From: a virus
Lineage: Duplodnaviria; Caudoviricetes
Direction: 5' to 3' (one strand)
Virus record (IMG/VR): IMGVR_UViG_3300038679_000051
Coordinates: 96,001 to 160,000 of that record
Length of the DNA: 64,000 bases
In this document: in pieces, positions 44,620 to 54,959 of the stretch
Numbering within the stretch: position 1 is the first letter of the stretch
Layout of the letters: each line of letters begins with the position of its first letter
The notes under the pieces: generated by a model
The model's database searches: none
Seen by the model: the letters and a program-made list of their open reading frames with translations, nothing else
What the model was told of the DNA's origin: nothing
Translations under genes and position numbers: made by a program

Positions 44620-45679
44620 AATCAAAAAATTGGTTTATTATTTTCTCGGATTTAAATTGCTTGGCATAAATTTGAGCGTTCCTACCTAAAAGTTTTATTT
44701 TGTCTGGATTGTCAAGCAAATGGGTCGTCCACATTAAGAAATCATCATATCCATTACATAAATATCCATTGCTACCAGGCAATATTTGTTCTATGTTGCC
44801 CCCTCTGTTGTTTGCTATAATTGGACAACCAGCAACCATTGCCTCGGCTGTCGATCTTGACCATGGTTCTATTCGATCATACTCTAGATAAAACAAGAAT
44901 ATGTCGATGTTCCTCAAATATTGTTTTACTGAAATTGAGAATTCTTTTCGGATTATGACATTCGATATATCCTTAATTGAATCAATTTTGTTGCCCGGCA
45001 CTCCTAAGAAATCCCAAACAATTTTATCACCATATCTTTCATTGACCGCTCGTATCAATTTAGCATGGTCTGAATTAAATTTATTACCATATGCTTTGGA
45101 ATGTTTACCAATTCTGATTTTATTACTCTGGTCTTTATCCGGGTCGACTGATGTCACATCAATTGGGCTATGTAATAACATGCGCGGATAATGTTGTACG
45201 ACTCGTAATTTATCTTTCTTGCCATTAATTTCATCCATAAAACGTTTGTTACCAACCAATATCCTAATGTCTTTGCATTTTTCCTCTATTCCTGGTAAAT
45301 TAGTAGATGGGCTGATCACGAAGTTATATAAGAATGCCATTTGTTTAATTTTGGTCAAATCGACAAAACATTTGTGATGTTCCGTTCTACCTTCCCAATA
45401 ATCCAATTTCGAAAATGAATAACTGTCAGTGTTTACCGTCAACAACGTGTCAACGTCGTATAACCTCATTATGTTTTCGGGGTTTGGTTCTGGTTTAAAG
45501 ACGTTCGACCGCACTTCTATTTCGGGCATCAATCTCTGTCTGATTGAATCCAACAATCTACCTTCCGCAAACAATATCGGTTTATGTGGCGTATGTCTGG
45601 CGATTGAATTCGCCATTTCAATGCATCTAAACTCTGATCCACCGGACACTTCAAATTTTGAAAAAATTCCGACAATCAT
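44609..45679 (-). CDS. GT4 (GT-B) glycosyltransferase
   Basis: EPWSRSTAEAMVAGCPIIANNRGG..EQI..G.NGYL. Confidence 0.85.
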   Translation of the reverse strand: MIVGIFSKFEVSGGSEFRCIEMANSIARHTPHKPILFAEGRLLDSIRQRLMPEIEVRSNVFKPEPNPENIMRLYDVDTLLTVNTDSYSFSKLDYWEGRTEHHKCFVDLTKIKQMAFLYNFVISPSTNLPGIEEKCKDIRILVGNKRFMDEINGKKDKLRVVQHYPRMLLHSPIDVTSVDPDKDQSNKIRIGKHSKAYGNKFNSDHAKLIRAVNERYGDKIVWDFLGVPGNKIDSIKDISNVIIRKEFSISVKQYLRNIDIFLFYLEYDRIEPWSRSTAEAMVAGCPIIANNRGGNIEQILPGSNGYLCNGYDDFLMWTTHLLDNPDKIKLLGRNAQIYAKQFKSEKIINQFFDFIA

Positions 45680-46571
45680 CTGAATTAGATCCTTCCATTA
45701 TTTCCTCAATGAGTTTTATGTTGTTTGGAAACGCTATGTTGGCGTCATACCATGCCAGGGCATTTGCAGTGATTCTCATTCTGAAATCATCATCATTAAT
45801 GACGTCATAATATTTCTTGATTGCATTGCCAGCCGTTATTGGGACATAATGCACTCCTGGAATTAAATCATTGTAATATTTATTGATCAATTTAGGCATT
45901 AACACGAGTACGCCAATGCCAAAACATTCTAACTCTCTATGACAAAAATTCCCAGAACCAGGCAATGAGAGCGCAATTTTATGTTTAGATAACGTCTGAA
46001 GATATATTCCATGTTCTAATTTTACGTTCTCATTCAAAATGTTTCTCATTGAATCCAACATGGGTTTTCTATTGCGTCCTTCTGACCCAACATAAAACAG
46101 TTTATTCTCAATTTTTTCGGTCACTAACAATTCACTTCTCAATTCATTATATGTCTCTGGATTCCTTACCCAATAGACATATGGTTTCACTCTAATGTCA
46201 CTATCGGAGATTCCTGGTTGAAATTGCGATTTCAAAATAGCAATGCATTTTGGGTGAGCCATTAATCCAGATATTCTATTAAAATGTGGTTTATCATCGA
46301 AATCAAATATGATAAATGTGTCATTTGATCGTTGTAATACAATCGTACGATGCATTTGGCCGGACATATCATATTTCGTATGCGTCGTCTGATATGGGAA
46401 TTTGTTTTTGTCTAGAATTTCGACCGTAATTCGCTGTCTAAAATAATTGCACAAATCATTCGCTGGGTATTTATTCCAACCGACATCAGCATATATCCTA
46501 AGCGTGTGCATATTGTAGAGCGCCCCCTTCATAATATAATTCAATTCGCCTAATAACTTCCTCTGGAGCAA
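45651..46571 (-). CDS. GT90-like/exostosin-like glycosyltransferase
   Basis: IALSLPGSG.FCHRELEC...LIPGVHYVPI. Confidence 0.7.
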   Translation of the reverse strand: MLQRKLLGELNYIMKGALYNMHTLRIYADVGWNKYPANDLCNYFRQRITVEILDKNKFPYQTTHTKYDMSGQMHRTIVLQRSNDTFIIFDFDDKPHFNRISGLMAHPKCIAILKSQFQPGISDSDIRVKPYVYWVRNPETYNELRSELLVTEKIENKLFYVGSEGRNRKPMLDSMRNILNENVKLEHGIYLQTLSKHKIALSLPGSGNFCHRELECFGIGVLVLMPKLINKYYNDLIPGVHYVPITAGNAIKKYYDVINDDDFRMRITANALAWYDANIAFPNNIKLIEEIMEGSNSDDCRNFFKI

Positions 46572-47697
46572 TCATGTTCATGCATTTGGGGATTCGCAGC
46601 TCCGACGTTATTTGGATCGGATTGGAGCATAAATTTTTCTCATCCTTTTCGTCACCATCACCAATTAATTGACATCTGGAACACCAACAGCCACCGTCAT
46701 CACAACATAATAAAGCACCATTTGTGTGTATGTATTGATGATGTGGGTATGCTTCCCATTGTGATGGTTCCCGCCCACCGGCTATCACTACACATGCTCT
46801 ATTTTTTGGCGTCCCCTTAGTTTCTACAGCCGCCGCCAGATGCATGGCGAACGTGACTGGGCATACTACACCACTTGCATGATGCATCAATCTTATAAAT
46901 TGTCTGGTGTCGGTTTTACCACGCAAATCCAACACATTTTTCAATGGTTGGTGCCAATGACCATTGCTAATCTCACCACATTGTACGAAATTTATTTTAT
47001 CCTTAAAATGGTCAACGACTGCTTGATAGTATGCAGGATTCCACCATTTTGCGGTAAAGTCATTTTTGCCACCTGCTATGATTATCCAGAAGTTCTTGAT
47101 TCCATGTTCCTCAGCCTGTGACGTCCAATTTTTCTCAGCTTTAGAGAGATGAATGTCGCCCTTGAATTTGGTTGGTTTTATTCTTATGTTCAGTTGGTCT
47201 TCTAAATTCCTGATATAACCATGAATGAAATGATGCGGTGAATGATTACTGCCAGAGTCTGGTCCAAATGAATTGTCAATCAACGGATAATTACATTCCA
47301 CGACTCCTATGTCTTTGTCGTTAGACGTTATTTTCTTAATTAATCCATTCGGCGTATTCACTAACGTCTCATTCCATCCATTTAATCGGGTAACGTATGG
47401 ATTGTTGTCCCATAATTGCATGGCCGTAGTACAGACGTCAGTCTGAAATTTATTTGGGTGATTGACATGAAGATCACGCACGGCAGCAGTCAACATCACA
47501 ATGTCACCGGGTGAACAATTGCTACATAATACTAATTTGGTCTTCTTGGTTTGTTCGGTTCGCATTTGAGGAAGCGGTGGTTTAATCAATCTTGCATTTA
47601 ATTGTCTTTCGATATGATCTATGCGCATGCGATCGACATGTTGTTCTAATAGACTTACTCTCGTCTTGAGTTCTCTAATTTCTTTATTCTCATTCAT
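46498..47697 (-). CDS. GT9-like glycosyltransferase
   Basis: PGDIVMLTAAVR, FVQCG, DLRGKT..RQFI.LM..A..VV..VTF.MHLAAA. Confidence 0.8.
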   Translation of the reverse strand: MNENKEIRELKTRVSLLEQHVDRMRIDHIERQLNARLIKPPLPQMRTEQTKKTKLVLCSNCSPGDIVMLTAAVRDLHVNHPNKFQTDVCTTAMQLWDNNPYVTRLNGWNETLVNTPNGLIKKITSNDKDIGVVECNYPLIDNSFGPDSGSNHSPHHFIHGYIRNLEDQLNIRIKPTKFKGDIHLSKAEKNWTSQAEEHGIKNFWIIIAGGKNDFTAKWWNPAYYQAVVDHFKDKINFVQCGEISNGHWHQPLKNVLDLRGKTDTRQFIRLMHHASGVVCPVTFAMHLAAAVETKGTPKNRACVVIAGGREPSQWEAYPHHQYIHTNGALLCCDDGGCWCSRCQLIGDGDEKDEKNLCSNPIQITSELRIPKCMNMIAPEEVIRRIELYYEGGALQYAHA

Positions 47698-47711
47698 GTT
47701 TTTGAAATACT

Positions 47712-47966
47712 TCAGGTAGTGAATTTGTCTATCATTCTGATTATGTCATTTGTCGAAGTGGTCCATTTTAGTGGTTTATATTTTCCCATGTGAAATTCAT
47801 CATAATCTACAACTTCTACTTTGGTCTTTTTATTGTACGATGCTTCCTGTTCTCTAATGTCGTTGGCACCACAGAATGCCAATATGCGACCATCATCCCC
47901 ACTAGTTATGTGAGAGATTTGCCAACCTTTGTCTTTCTCTTTATAAATGACGGCGAACGTCATCAT
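47712..47966 (-). CDS. Hypothetical protein
   Basis: 84-aa ORF. Confidence 0.45.
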   Translation of the reverse strand: MMTFAVIYKEKDKGWQISHITSGDDGRILAFCGANDIREQEASYNKKTKVEVVDYDEFHMGKYKPLKWTTSTNDIIRMIDKFTT

Positions 47967-48670
47967 CCAAATATACCAAATTTATTTGATTTGTTCTTAT
48001 CGGTTTTACTCACTTCAACATCCACCTCATCGAGGTCGTCGATGTCGTCGTCGTCTCTTGGCAGACCATCTATGATTGTCTTACCAGCGGCGGTTGAACC
48101 AAGAAGACCAATTGAATCATTTTGTTCCTCTTCGACATCGATACGTTTTTCATCTGGTTTTTCAAATTTCTTCTCTTTGAAAATCCATGAATCCTGGATT
48201 GGCGTATATTGATTTGCAGCTTTAATTAATTCACCAGCAGTCGATCGATCGAAACTTACAATTTCAACCCTACAACCTATTGATTTTAATGTTTCTACTA
48301 AATATACATATTCACCATCGCCGGTAACCAACACGATTGTGTCAACTTTATTTGCGAGTCGAATGGCATCGATTGTTAGTCCGACGCTCCACGAATCTCT
48401 GCTTATTGTCGTTTTGCCTTCATGGTCCGTCCTTACTTTTAATTCCTTGATCTTTAATTCATATCCAAATTTACTGAGTGCATCATGAAACGACGATTGA
48501 TCGATGTTCTCTTTTTGGAGAATGTAAGCAATCGCCCTTATTAGATGTCGATCGCCGACAATTTGTTTCAACAAGCAACCATAATCAACTTTTGCTTGTT
48601 TGAGGTTTTTTGCAGAATAAAACATGTTCTGTACATCGACCAGAATGGCGATTCTTTGTTCCATGTCCAT
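47963..48670 (-). CDS. NYN-domain (LabA/DUF88, PIN-fold) protein with an acidic tail
   Basis: ILVDVQNMFY, LVTGDGEYVYLV..LK..G.RVE, EL..AAN.Y. Confidence 0.85.
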   Translation of the reverse strand: MDMEQRIAILVDVQNMFYSAKNLKQAKVDYGCLLKQIVGDRHLIRAIAYILQKENIDQSSFHDALSKFGYELKIKELKVRTDHEGKTTISRDSWSVGLTIDAIRLANKVDTIVLVTGDGEYVYLVETLKSIGCRVEIVSFDRSTAGELIKAANQYTPIQDSWIFKEKKFEKPDEKRIDVEEEQNDSIGLLGSTAAGKTIIDGLPRDDDDIDDLDEVDVEVSKTDKNKSNKFGIFG

Positions 48671-48696
48671 CTCCTTTGTTTGGGTCTCGGCCAGAA

Positions 48697-49599
48697 TTAT
48701 TTAAAATCTGCTATTTTTTGCGTCAATACTTCTGGCAGTTTTCTACGCACGACATCAGCCGTGACGTTTTTGCTTTTCCAGACGATGTCGAATCCATTCA
48801 ACAAATCATCTGCAGTTATTATTTCTTTTCCAGCGTATCTTTTTCTACCGATTCTTAATTCTCTACGTCTATGCCACCACGCAAAGGACACTACCTCGGT
48901 GCACGAGAATGCACCAAAAGTTGTTTTTAAGTTGTTTTTACTTTCGTCTAAATTTGTAATTTCGTCCTCCGTTAATTTCAATCTCTGGATCATCATGTTT
49001 CTAATTGTCATTCTCTTCTCGACAGTCAATGGTTCACAAATTTCATTCTGTTTGACATCAACTCCATGTTCGTCCGTAGTTATAGCCAACATTTTGCACC
49101 GCAATCTATCGTCGTCAAGTTCTTCCAATTTTATGAAGGCATCTTCTATGTCAAACTCGAATTTTGAATCATATTTACAGCCTTCCAATCTGTTTGCATA
49201 TTTTATGGCTAATTCTGTGTCGTGTTGATTTACTTTGTCCTGTGGTGGTCGTAAAATTATGGCATAATCGCTATACACTGGATACATCGCATGTCGTCTA
49301 ACTACGCCCTCTGAGATTGCTTCAATGACGGTTGCCCGTCCTAATTCATTTCCATCAGTTACATGAATCCATGCATGTTTAAAGAATCCTGGTATGGCAA
49401 GATTTGACAAATATCCTACGTCCAAATGTAACCCAATATCACCAGCTTTGGAAATTTTGATGCCATCAAGTGCCTCATTATAAGACATCTGTTTCGAATT
49501 GACATCCCATGTCATCCATGGAAAATGCTTGATTCGTCTAATGTCCCCAATGAGAAAAACGATTTTTTCTCTAAGTCTGTGCGCCAGAGTGTGATTCAT
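48697..49599 (-). CDS. Permuted papain-like NlpC/P60 (YiiX/YebB) amidase
   Basis: GDIGL...PG.FKHA.I...VIEA..EGV...YD..F and C-terminal FSCTEVV. Confidence 0.75.
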   Translation of the reverse strand: MNHTLAHRLREKIVFLIGDIRRIKHFPWMTWDVNSKQMSYNEALDGIKISKAGDIGLHLDVGYLSNLAIPGFFKHAWIHVTDGNELGRATVIEAISEGVVRRHAMYPVYSDYAIILRPPQDKVNQHDTELAIKYANRLEGCKYDSKFEFDIEDAFIKLEELDDDRLRCKMLAITTDEHGVDVKQNEICEPLTVEKRMTIRNMMIQRLKLTEDEITNLDESKNNLKTTFGAFSCTEVVSFAWWHRRRELRIGRKRYAGKEIITADDLLNGFDIVWKSKNVTADVVRRKLPEVLTQKIADFK

Positions 49600-50005
49600 C
49601 GATTTTCTTCTCCAATTCGGACATGTTCTTCATCAGTAATTCTTGCATCTTTTCTTGTGCCGTGTTTGGCACCACCAAGGACGATGGTTTTATCTCTAAG
49701 CATTCCTCCAATATATCATGTAAAACTGGTTTGATAATGTCTTTTATATTATCAAACGTTTTAACATCACACAAATCATCCGCATTACCATCTAACCAAT
49801 ATAATGTAGTTGGTTGATCAACCACTGGCATTATTATCACTTCATATGCTCTTAAATGTGGTTTTAATCCTTCAACTAGATGTTTCATGTGTGCACTTAT
49901 CTGCCAGCTCGCCAATGCGCCTTTGACATTGATTAACAAGACTAGTTTCTTCTTTTGTTTTCGTCTTTTCATAAAGTTTTTAATACATTGCATGTATTTC
50001 TGCAA
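49571..50005 (-). CDS. Hypothetical protein
   Basis: 144-aa ORF. Confidence 0.5.
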   Translation of the reverse strand: MQKYMQCIKNFMKRRKQKKKLVLLINVKGALASWQISAHMKHLVEGLKPHLRAYEVIIMPVVDQPTTLYWLDGNADDLCDVKTFDNIKDIIKPVLHDILEECLEIKPSSLVVPNTAQEKMQELLMKNMSELEKKIDESHSGAQT

Positions 50006-50393
50006 TTATTCTCTGTGCTTGTTTAATGAATCGCACAGCCGAATCTACGTTATATCCGTCTACTAATTTTTCCATAAAAACGACAATTGTGTCTTCTTTT
50101 CCCTTGGCGTTCATCTTCATTACTGTCTTGCCATTTTTGAACGACACCGTTATGTGATGTCCCATGGGGCCGATCGGTTCTGTAAAAAATGATGGCCCTT
50201 TCTCTGGTGCATCATCGTGGTATTCCCCTGATGTTTCACCAAGGCGATCACGTAATTTCTCAAGCGATTTCTTCGCCTGGAAATCGCCGATCATTCTACG
50301 TTGTGGCGAACTGAGCGTGTCAGCCTTTGGTTCATCAACTTCTGATTCATCAGGTATTTCAATTGGAGTGTCCAAATCGAGATCTTCCGGCAT
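49980..50393 (-). CDS. Hypothetical protein
   Basis: 137-aa ORF with SD GAGGAG upstream. Confidence 0.55.
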   Translation of the reverse strand: MPEDLDLDTPIEIPDESEVDEPKADTLSSPQRRMIGDFQAKKSLEKLRDRLGETSGEYHDDAPEKGPSFFTEPIGPMGHHITVSFKNGKTVMKMNAKGKEDTIVVFMEKLVDGYNVDSAVRFIKQAQRIIAEIHAMY

Positions 50394-50465
50394 TTTTCGT
50401 CTCCTCTTTCTAAAACGGTTCCTTTACATATTTTTGACAAATTACATACGTTTGGAGGAACTGAT

Positions 50466-51431
50466 TTGAAGATTGCCTTAATAGATCCATTTGAAGTTAA
50501 AATACCGCCACCATTTAGCGGTAATTTAGAAAGAATGTGGCATGGATTTATGTGTGGAAGTGGTAATCATGATATGACCGTTATTTCAGTGCGTAAACAT
50601 CACATTGATTTGCCGTTAATTAGTGGTACGTTCCGACCAAACTCAATGTCTGCCACCTTGGAATTTATGGATTTATTCGATTTAATTATCATTCCAGCAA
50701 ACGTTGATTGGCATCTAAATGGAGTCAGACTTGGATTTGATGTATGTCTTAAACACTTGCGCCAATTACGACAGTATAATAATAAGATTGCCATGGTCGG
50801 ACAATTGAATTGTGATGATTTATGCGTATTGGTTAGAAGTAGGACAGAAGCTAATTGCATAAAATCAAAACGAATTAAAGTGATCCGGCATTGTAGTCCA
50901 ATTAAAAAATCATCAGTCGTTATAGATGAAAAGACTGTGGTTATGATTGGGTGCGTCACGCAATGGGGCGTGAACGTCGCCGCTGAAGCCTGTCGTTTAA
51001 ATGGACAGCAACTGTTTGTCGTTGGAAGGCATGACCTTAAGTCAACATATGGGGCGGTAATGCTTGGGGAAATAAATGAATCACAAAAGATCGATCTCAT
51101 ATCGCAGGCGTCTCACTGCGTGTGCATTAGACATCAGAATCATAGATCATTAGGAAGTCCATCATTGATTGAGCCGGGATTATGTGGTACGCCGACCATA
51201 GCCATTGATTTTGACGATCAATGTGCCATCGGCGAATATCTTGACGATACCATGATCGTGAACGCAAACATTAATGCAAGGGATATGGTGAATCTTTTGA
51301 GCGTCGCATTGAACGAACATCACACAGATCGCCTGAATCTCAAACAACACACGGCTGATCTTTACTCTTGTGAAACGTTTGTGCGAAACGTCATAGATGC
51401 CTTCTTTGATGACATCTCGATGTTTGATTGA
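50466..51431 (+). CDS. Degenerate GT4-like glycosyltransferase
   Basis: MKIALI...PP...G.LER...GEINE.QK.DL.SQA...LIE.GLCGTP.IA. Confidence 0.6.
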   Translation: MKIALIDPFEVKIPPPFSGNLERMWHGFMCGSGNHDMTVISVRKHHIDLPLISGTFRPNSMSATLEFMDLFDLIIIPANVDWHLNGVRLGFDVCLKHLRQLRQYNNKIAMVGQLNCDDLCVLVRSRTEANCIKSKRIKVIRHCSPIKKSSVVIDEKTVVMIGCVTQWGVNVAAEACRLNGQQLFVVGRHDLKSTYGAVMLGEINESQKIDLISQASHCVCIRHQNHRSLGSPSLIEPGLCGTPTIAIDFDDQCAIGEYLDDTMIVNANINARDMVNLLSVALNEHHTDRLNLKQHTADLYSCETFVRNVIDAFFDDISMFD

Positions 51432-51500
51432 CGTTTACCCAATATCTCGACAATGAATCGCATTGCATTCCTCAATTTGGCAATTTTCTCATCTTGCTTT

Positions 51501-51824
51501 TCAATTTTCTTTTTTGTCATTTTTCACCTCGTCTAGTGACATGGAGATTAGTTTGTGTTTGGTGGACTCTTCCGTTGACATCATCCCAACAAGACTGATG
51601 AAATTCATTCTTTTTATTTTGTTGATTTTATTGATTAGTTTATCTCTGATTATTTCTGGTTCTATATGTTCGTCGTCAATTATTTTCTCAAACATTATTA
51701 CCTCAAATTCGGAATCTACGATGACTACGATCGATATTTTCTTGTTTTCTAATTTTCCGATCACCTCTACGGTTATGTCTTCCGGTTGCGCAAACAACCT
51801 TATTAATTCATCGTACCATTCCAT
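51501..51824 (-). CDS. Hypothetical protein
   Basis: 107-aa ORF. Confidence 0.45.
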   Translation of the reverse strand: MEWYDELIRLFAQPEDITVEVIGKLENKKISIVVIVDSEFEVIMFEKIIDDEHIEPEIIRDKLINKINKIKRMNFISLVGMMSTEESTKHKLISMSLDEVKNDKKEN

Positions 51825-52101
51825 TTTTCTTTTTCCTCAATGTTTGTTTGGTAGCACAAACTTCATCATATATTTTTAGAAATGCCTTCTCTGAGGTTTT
51901 ATATGCTTTGGCAAGCGTCATATTTTTATAGACTTTAATGATGACCATACCGCCTCTGTTGTCATTGTTGACGACTTTTAGAATCTCTCTAAGATGATTT
52001 TGATCAATAGCCGTCCCAGCATAGAATGGTCCCTCTATGACAATTATTGGCTTGCCGTCTGGATTTTTCGCATCACATACTCTTGCATACATCACTATCA
52101 T
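51808..52101 (-). CDS. Hypothetical protein
   Basis: 97-aa ORF. Confidence 0.45.
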   Translation of the reverse strand: MIVMYARVCDAKNPDGKPIIVIEGPFYAGTAIDQNHLREILKVVNNDNRGGMVIIKVYKNMTLAKAYKTSEKAFLKIYDEVCATKQTLRKKKNGMVR

Positions 52102-52712
52102 TAGACACCCGCCTTAAATCCAGATGACCCAAATCCATTTGATCCCCGTTTGCTTGGTCGCAGCGCCTCTGCTATTTCACATTTAAAATTAACCGTTTTA
52201 AATAAGATTAACTGAGCGATTTTCTGTCCATGTTCGATGTCTATAGGCCATGTATTCATGTTGTGGACTTGGATCAATAATTCATTTCGATAATCATCTA
52301 TGACACCTTCTACGACCCGTAATCTGAATCGCCGTTCGGAACTCGACCGATGTATGATCATACCCCAATAACCAATTGGAAATTCCGCTACAATACCAGT
52401 ATGTAAACAGATACGTTCGTCTGGATGTATGCGCATACATCCGTGTCCCCGCGAATCTGAATCAAGAACGGTCACTAGATCAAGGCCAGCATCATCATCA
52501 TAAGCACGTTGTGGTAACCCAAATTCTTTAGCTGCTTCGCCATACCCATCATCAGTGTATTTTATTCTAATTAATTGCTTATGTTCCTGTTCCTCTTTCC
52601 ACTTGATGACGTCTAGAACCAAATTAATTTCATCTTTCGAATATTTCTCTAGACCATTCATGTTTTTCATTCTCCTATTTCTAAATTCCTTGATTGATCT
52701 TAATTTTTTCAA
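52101..52712 (-). CDS. dut: Trimeric dUTPase with N-terminal extension
   Basis: AGLDL, RSS, GVIDDYR.EL, GQKIAQL, SKRGSNGFGSSG. Confidence 0.92.
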   Translation of the reverse strand: MKKLRSIKEFRNRRMKNMNGLEKYSKDEINLVLDVIKWKEEQEHKQLIRIKYTDDGYGEAAKEFGLPQRAYDDDAGLDLVTVLDSDSRGHGCMRIHPDERICLHTGIVAEFPIGYWGMIIHRSSSERRFRLRVVEGVIDDYRNELLIQVHNMNTWPIDIEHGQKIAQLILFKTVNFKCEIAEALRPSKRGSNGFGSSGFKAGV

Positions 52713-53373
52713 TTATAGTCCTGACGACCTCACCAACTGGCATAGAGACGTCAACATATTCTGCATGTAGTATTGTTCTCGCTGGTGAACCACAAATACC
52801 ATTGACTTGCTTGCTTTTAACGAAATTCTTAAGGTAATATCCATGCGTCTCTAATATCGTAGAATATGATTTGTTGACTCGTTTTAAGTAATCATCTCCA
52901 TATCGTTCTATCCTACAGCGTTCATTTCTTGCTTTACGTCTAATTTCTAAAACTTCATCACAGCATTTGAAGACAAACAACATGTCGATCAATGGTGGAC
53001 TCTCAATACAGGCATGCATTTTTTGAATCGTCGTTAGGTCTACGCCAAGCGATTCGCCATACACAATGTCGCTTATGAAATTACAGCGATCCATTATGAT
53101 CCATTTATCAAGGTTCTTTTTGAGTATCGTCTCTACAAAAACTGAATTATCACACAAAAACAACAACCGCTCAGTGCGTGGATCTATTTGGATGTCGTCT
53201 GAGAACGTCTCCGGCTGTTTGATTAATTTGCGTATGGTCTTACCCAGTGGTGTTGATCCTGGATTATTCGCCAAGATTGCCTGCCTTGATGTGATTTGCA
53301 ACCATTCTATTATTGCAGCAGCAACGGTTGATTTGCCGGTACAATCCGGTCCTTCGAGACAAATGATTGGCAT
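52681..53373 (-). CDS. tmk: Thymidylate (dNMP) kinase
   Basis: ICLEGPDCTGKST, PG.T.LG..IR, MDR...S..VYG. Confidence 0.9.
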   Translation of the reverse strand: MPIICLEGPDCTGKSTVAAAIIEWLQITSRQAILANNPGSTPLGKTIRKLIKQPETFSDDIQIDPRTERLLFLCDNSVFVETILKKNLDKWIIMDRCNFISDIVYGESLGVDLTTIQKMHACIESPPLIDMLFVFKCCDEVLEIRRKARNERCRIERYGDDYLKRVNKSYSTILETHGYYLKNFVKSKQVNGICGSPARTILHAEYVDVSMPVGEVVRTIIEKIKINQGI

Positions 53374-53375
53374 GG

Positions 53376-53588
53376 TTATCTCCTAATCTTTGATTTTAAT
53401 TCATCTTGTCGTTTCTTAATCATCTCGACTCTCTCGGCATTCATATACAGCGTTACTACGTTTTGGATATTGGCATGTAATTTCTCATATACTATGGTGC
53501 GCTTGTTCTTAGGAAGCAGATTTAAAGCTTCCAGCAATAATTCGGCCTCATTTTTCGGTAACTCTATCGTGATTTTCTTTTTGAACAT
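53376..53588 (-). CDS. Hypothetical protein
   Basis: 70-aa ORF with SD GGAG upstream. Confidence 0.45.
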   Translation of the reverse strand: MFKKKITIELPKNEAELLLEALNLLPKNKRTIVYEKLHANIQNVVTLYMNAERVEMIKKRQDELKSKIRR

Positions 53589-53597
53589 TGTGACCTC

Positions 53598-54164
53598 CTA
53601 AATCTTAGCCGTTATCAAACGGTTTTGGTGTTGATACTTACCATCATAGATATGGTTTGGTAAATTACCCCTAACGAATACTATCTGACATATCCCTGCT
53701 TCTGCATATACTTTGATTGGTATTGGAGATGAATTATGTAATTCAATTACCAATCTGCCAACCCAACCCGGTTCAAGTAACGTACAATTAATAACCAATG
53801 CACATCTAGAATAAGTACTTTTGCCAAATACCATGCCCAATACGTCATTAGGCATAAGAAATGCTTCCCTAGTTACTCCTAGTGCAGTTCCGTTGCTCGG
53901 CACGATGAAATATGCCAGACCATCTCCATCTATTCTTGGCTCCATCTTTACCAATAGTTTATCGTCAAATTTCCTTGGGTCAATAATGCCACCCCCAACG
54001 TTTGAAAATGCAAAGAATTCGTTTTTGTCGAGCGTCGCATCATATCCAAATGATTGCAACCCCCACGACGGCACTTTACGCCCGTATATGAGATTCTGTT
54101 TAGATTCGCATGGATTAACTATCCCAAGTGAATTTATTTCGTGATCAGGTAATGGTCCGTTCAT
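53598..54164 (-). CDS. dcd: dCTP deaminase
   Basis: S.GL.S.GYD, GKSTYSRC, LEPGW.GRLVIEL.N, GICQ.VF, YDGKYQ.Q. Confidence 0.9.
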   Translation of the reverse strand: MNGPLPDHEINSLGIVNPCESKQNLIYGRKVPSWGLQSFGYDATLDKNEFFAFSNVGGGIIDPRKFDDKLLVKMEPRIDGDGLAYFIVPSNGTALGVTREAFLMPNDVLGMVFGKSTYSRCALVINCTLLEPGWVGRLVIELHNSSPIPIKVYAEAGICQIVFVRGNLPNHIYDGKYQHQNRLITAKI

Positions 54165-54959
54165 TTAATCCTCTGGAAATGGAAGAGTGCCATCATTTTT
54201 ATCTTCTCTACTTGCCATCGCCCTACGTATTGATTCTGTCTCTGAATAACCCATCGTCCTAAACGTTTTTATGTCCTGTTTTATGGAGTCATCGGATTTT
54301 GTCTGTTCGACGCTCCGTTTAATTATTTCCTTGATCTGTGTTGTGGTAACGTCGAATCTATTAACGTTGAATTTCTGACACGTATCTAATGTGATGTTAC
54401 AACTCAATTTGATTGGGTACGGTATGACTTTTCTGATGCTAGATATGATGCTATTTTGTACGTCATCATTGCATTTTGGCGACACTAAATGATGGTCCGT
54501 TCTAATATATGCAACCGGCACGCTCTTCGCAGCTTGTAATATGAGATCAATTGCTTCTTTACTACGATGCAATGCACCTAGAACGAATCTGATCTCTAAT
54601 GTCGGATTAATTCTAGTTCTGATGAATTCAGTTAGGGCTTTCATTTCATTAATTGTCTCGCCTAGATTTTTACCTTCAGTTATTAATACGTCAAATCCAT
54701 CCGATTGAAAGACGCTTCGGTCAAGATTTTTGAATTTATCCAGCGCATAATTGTTGGATCTATCAAAATCAATTGCGGTTATGATTTTATATTGTGCACG
54801 TATCTTCGACCGTTCAACGATAGCAACAGGCACCAATATGGGTGGTATGACTATTGCAGGACAACGATATTTGGCGGCGAAAGTGATGGTGTCTGCCGTT
54901 TCCATTGGGGTTGATTCATTTCCGATATTGATTTCAAATCTCGATGTCAAACCAAACAT
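54165..54959 (-). CDS. DeoC-like TIM-barrel aldolase homologue, probably atypical
   Basis: AA.Y.C.AIVIPP..V, IDF, GFDV, YIRT (Arg at the Schiff-base Lys of FIKT), PIKLS..I. Confidence 0.55.
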   Translation of the reverse strand: MFGLTSRFEINIGNESTPMETADTITFAAKYRCPAIVIPPILVPVAIVERSKIRAQYKIITAIDFDRSNNYALDKFKNLDRSVFQSDGFDVLITEGKNLGETINEMKALTEFIRTRINPTLEIRFVLGALHRSKEAIDLILQAAKSVPVAYIRTDHHLVSPKCNDDVQNSIISSIRKVIPYPIKLSCNITLDTCQKFNVNRFDVTTTQIKEIIKRSVEQTKSDDSIKQDIKTFRTMGYSETESIRRAMASREDKNDGTLPFPED

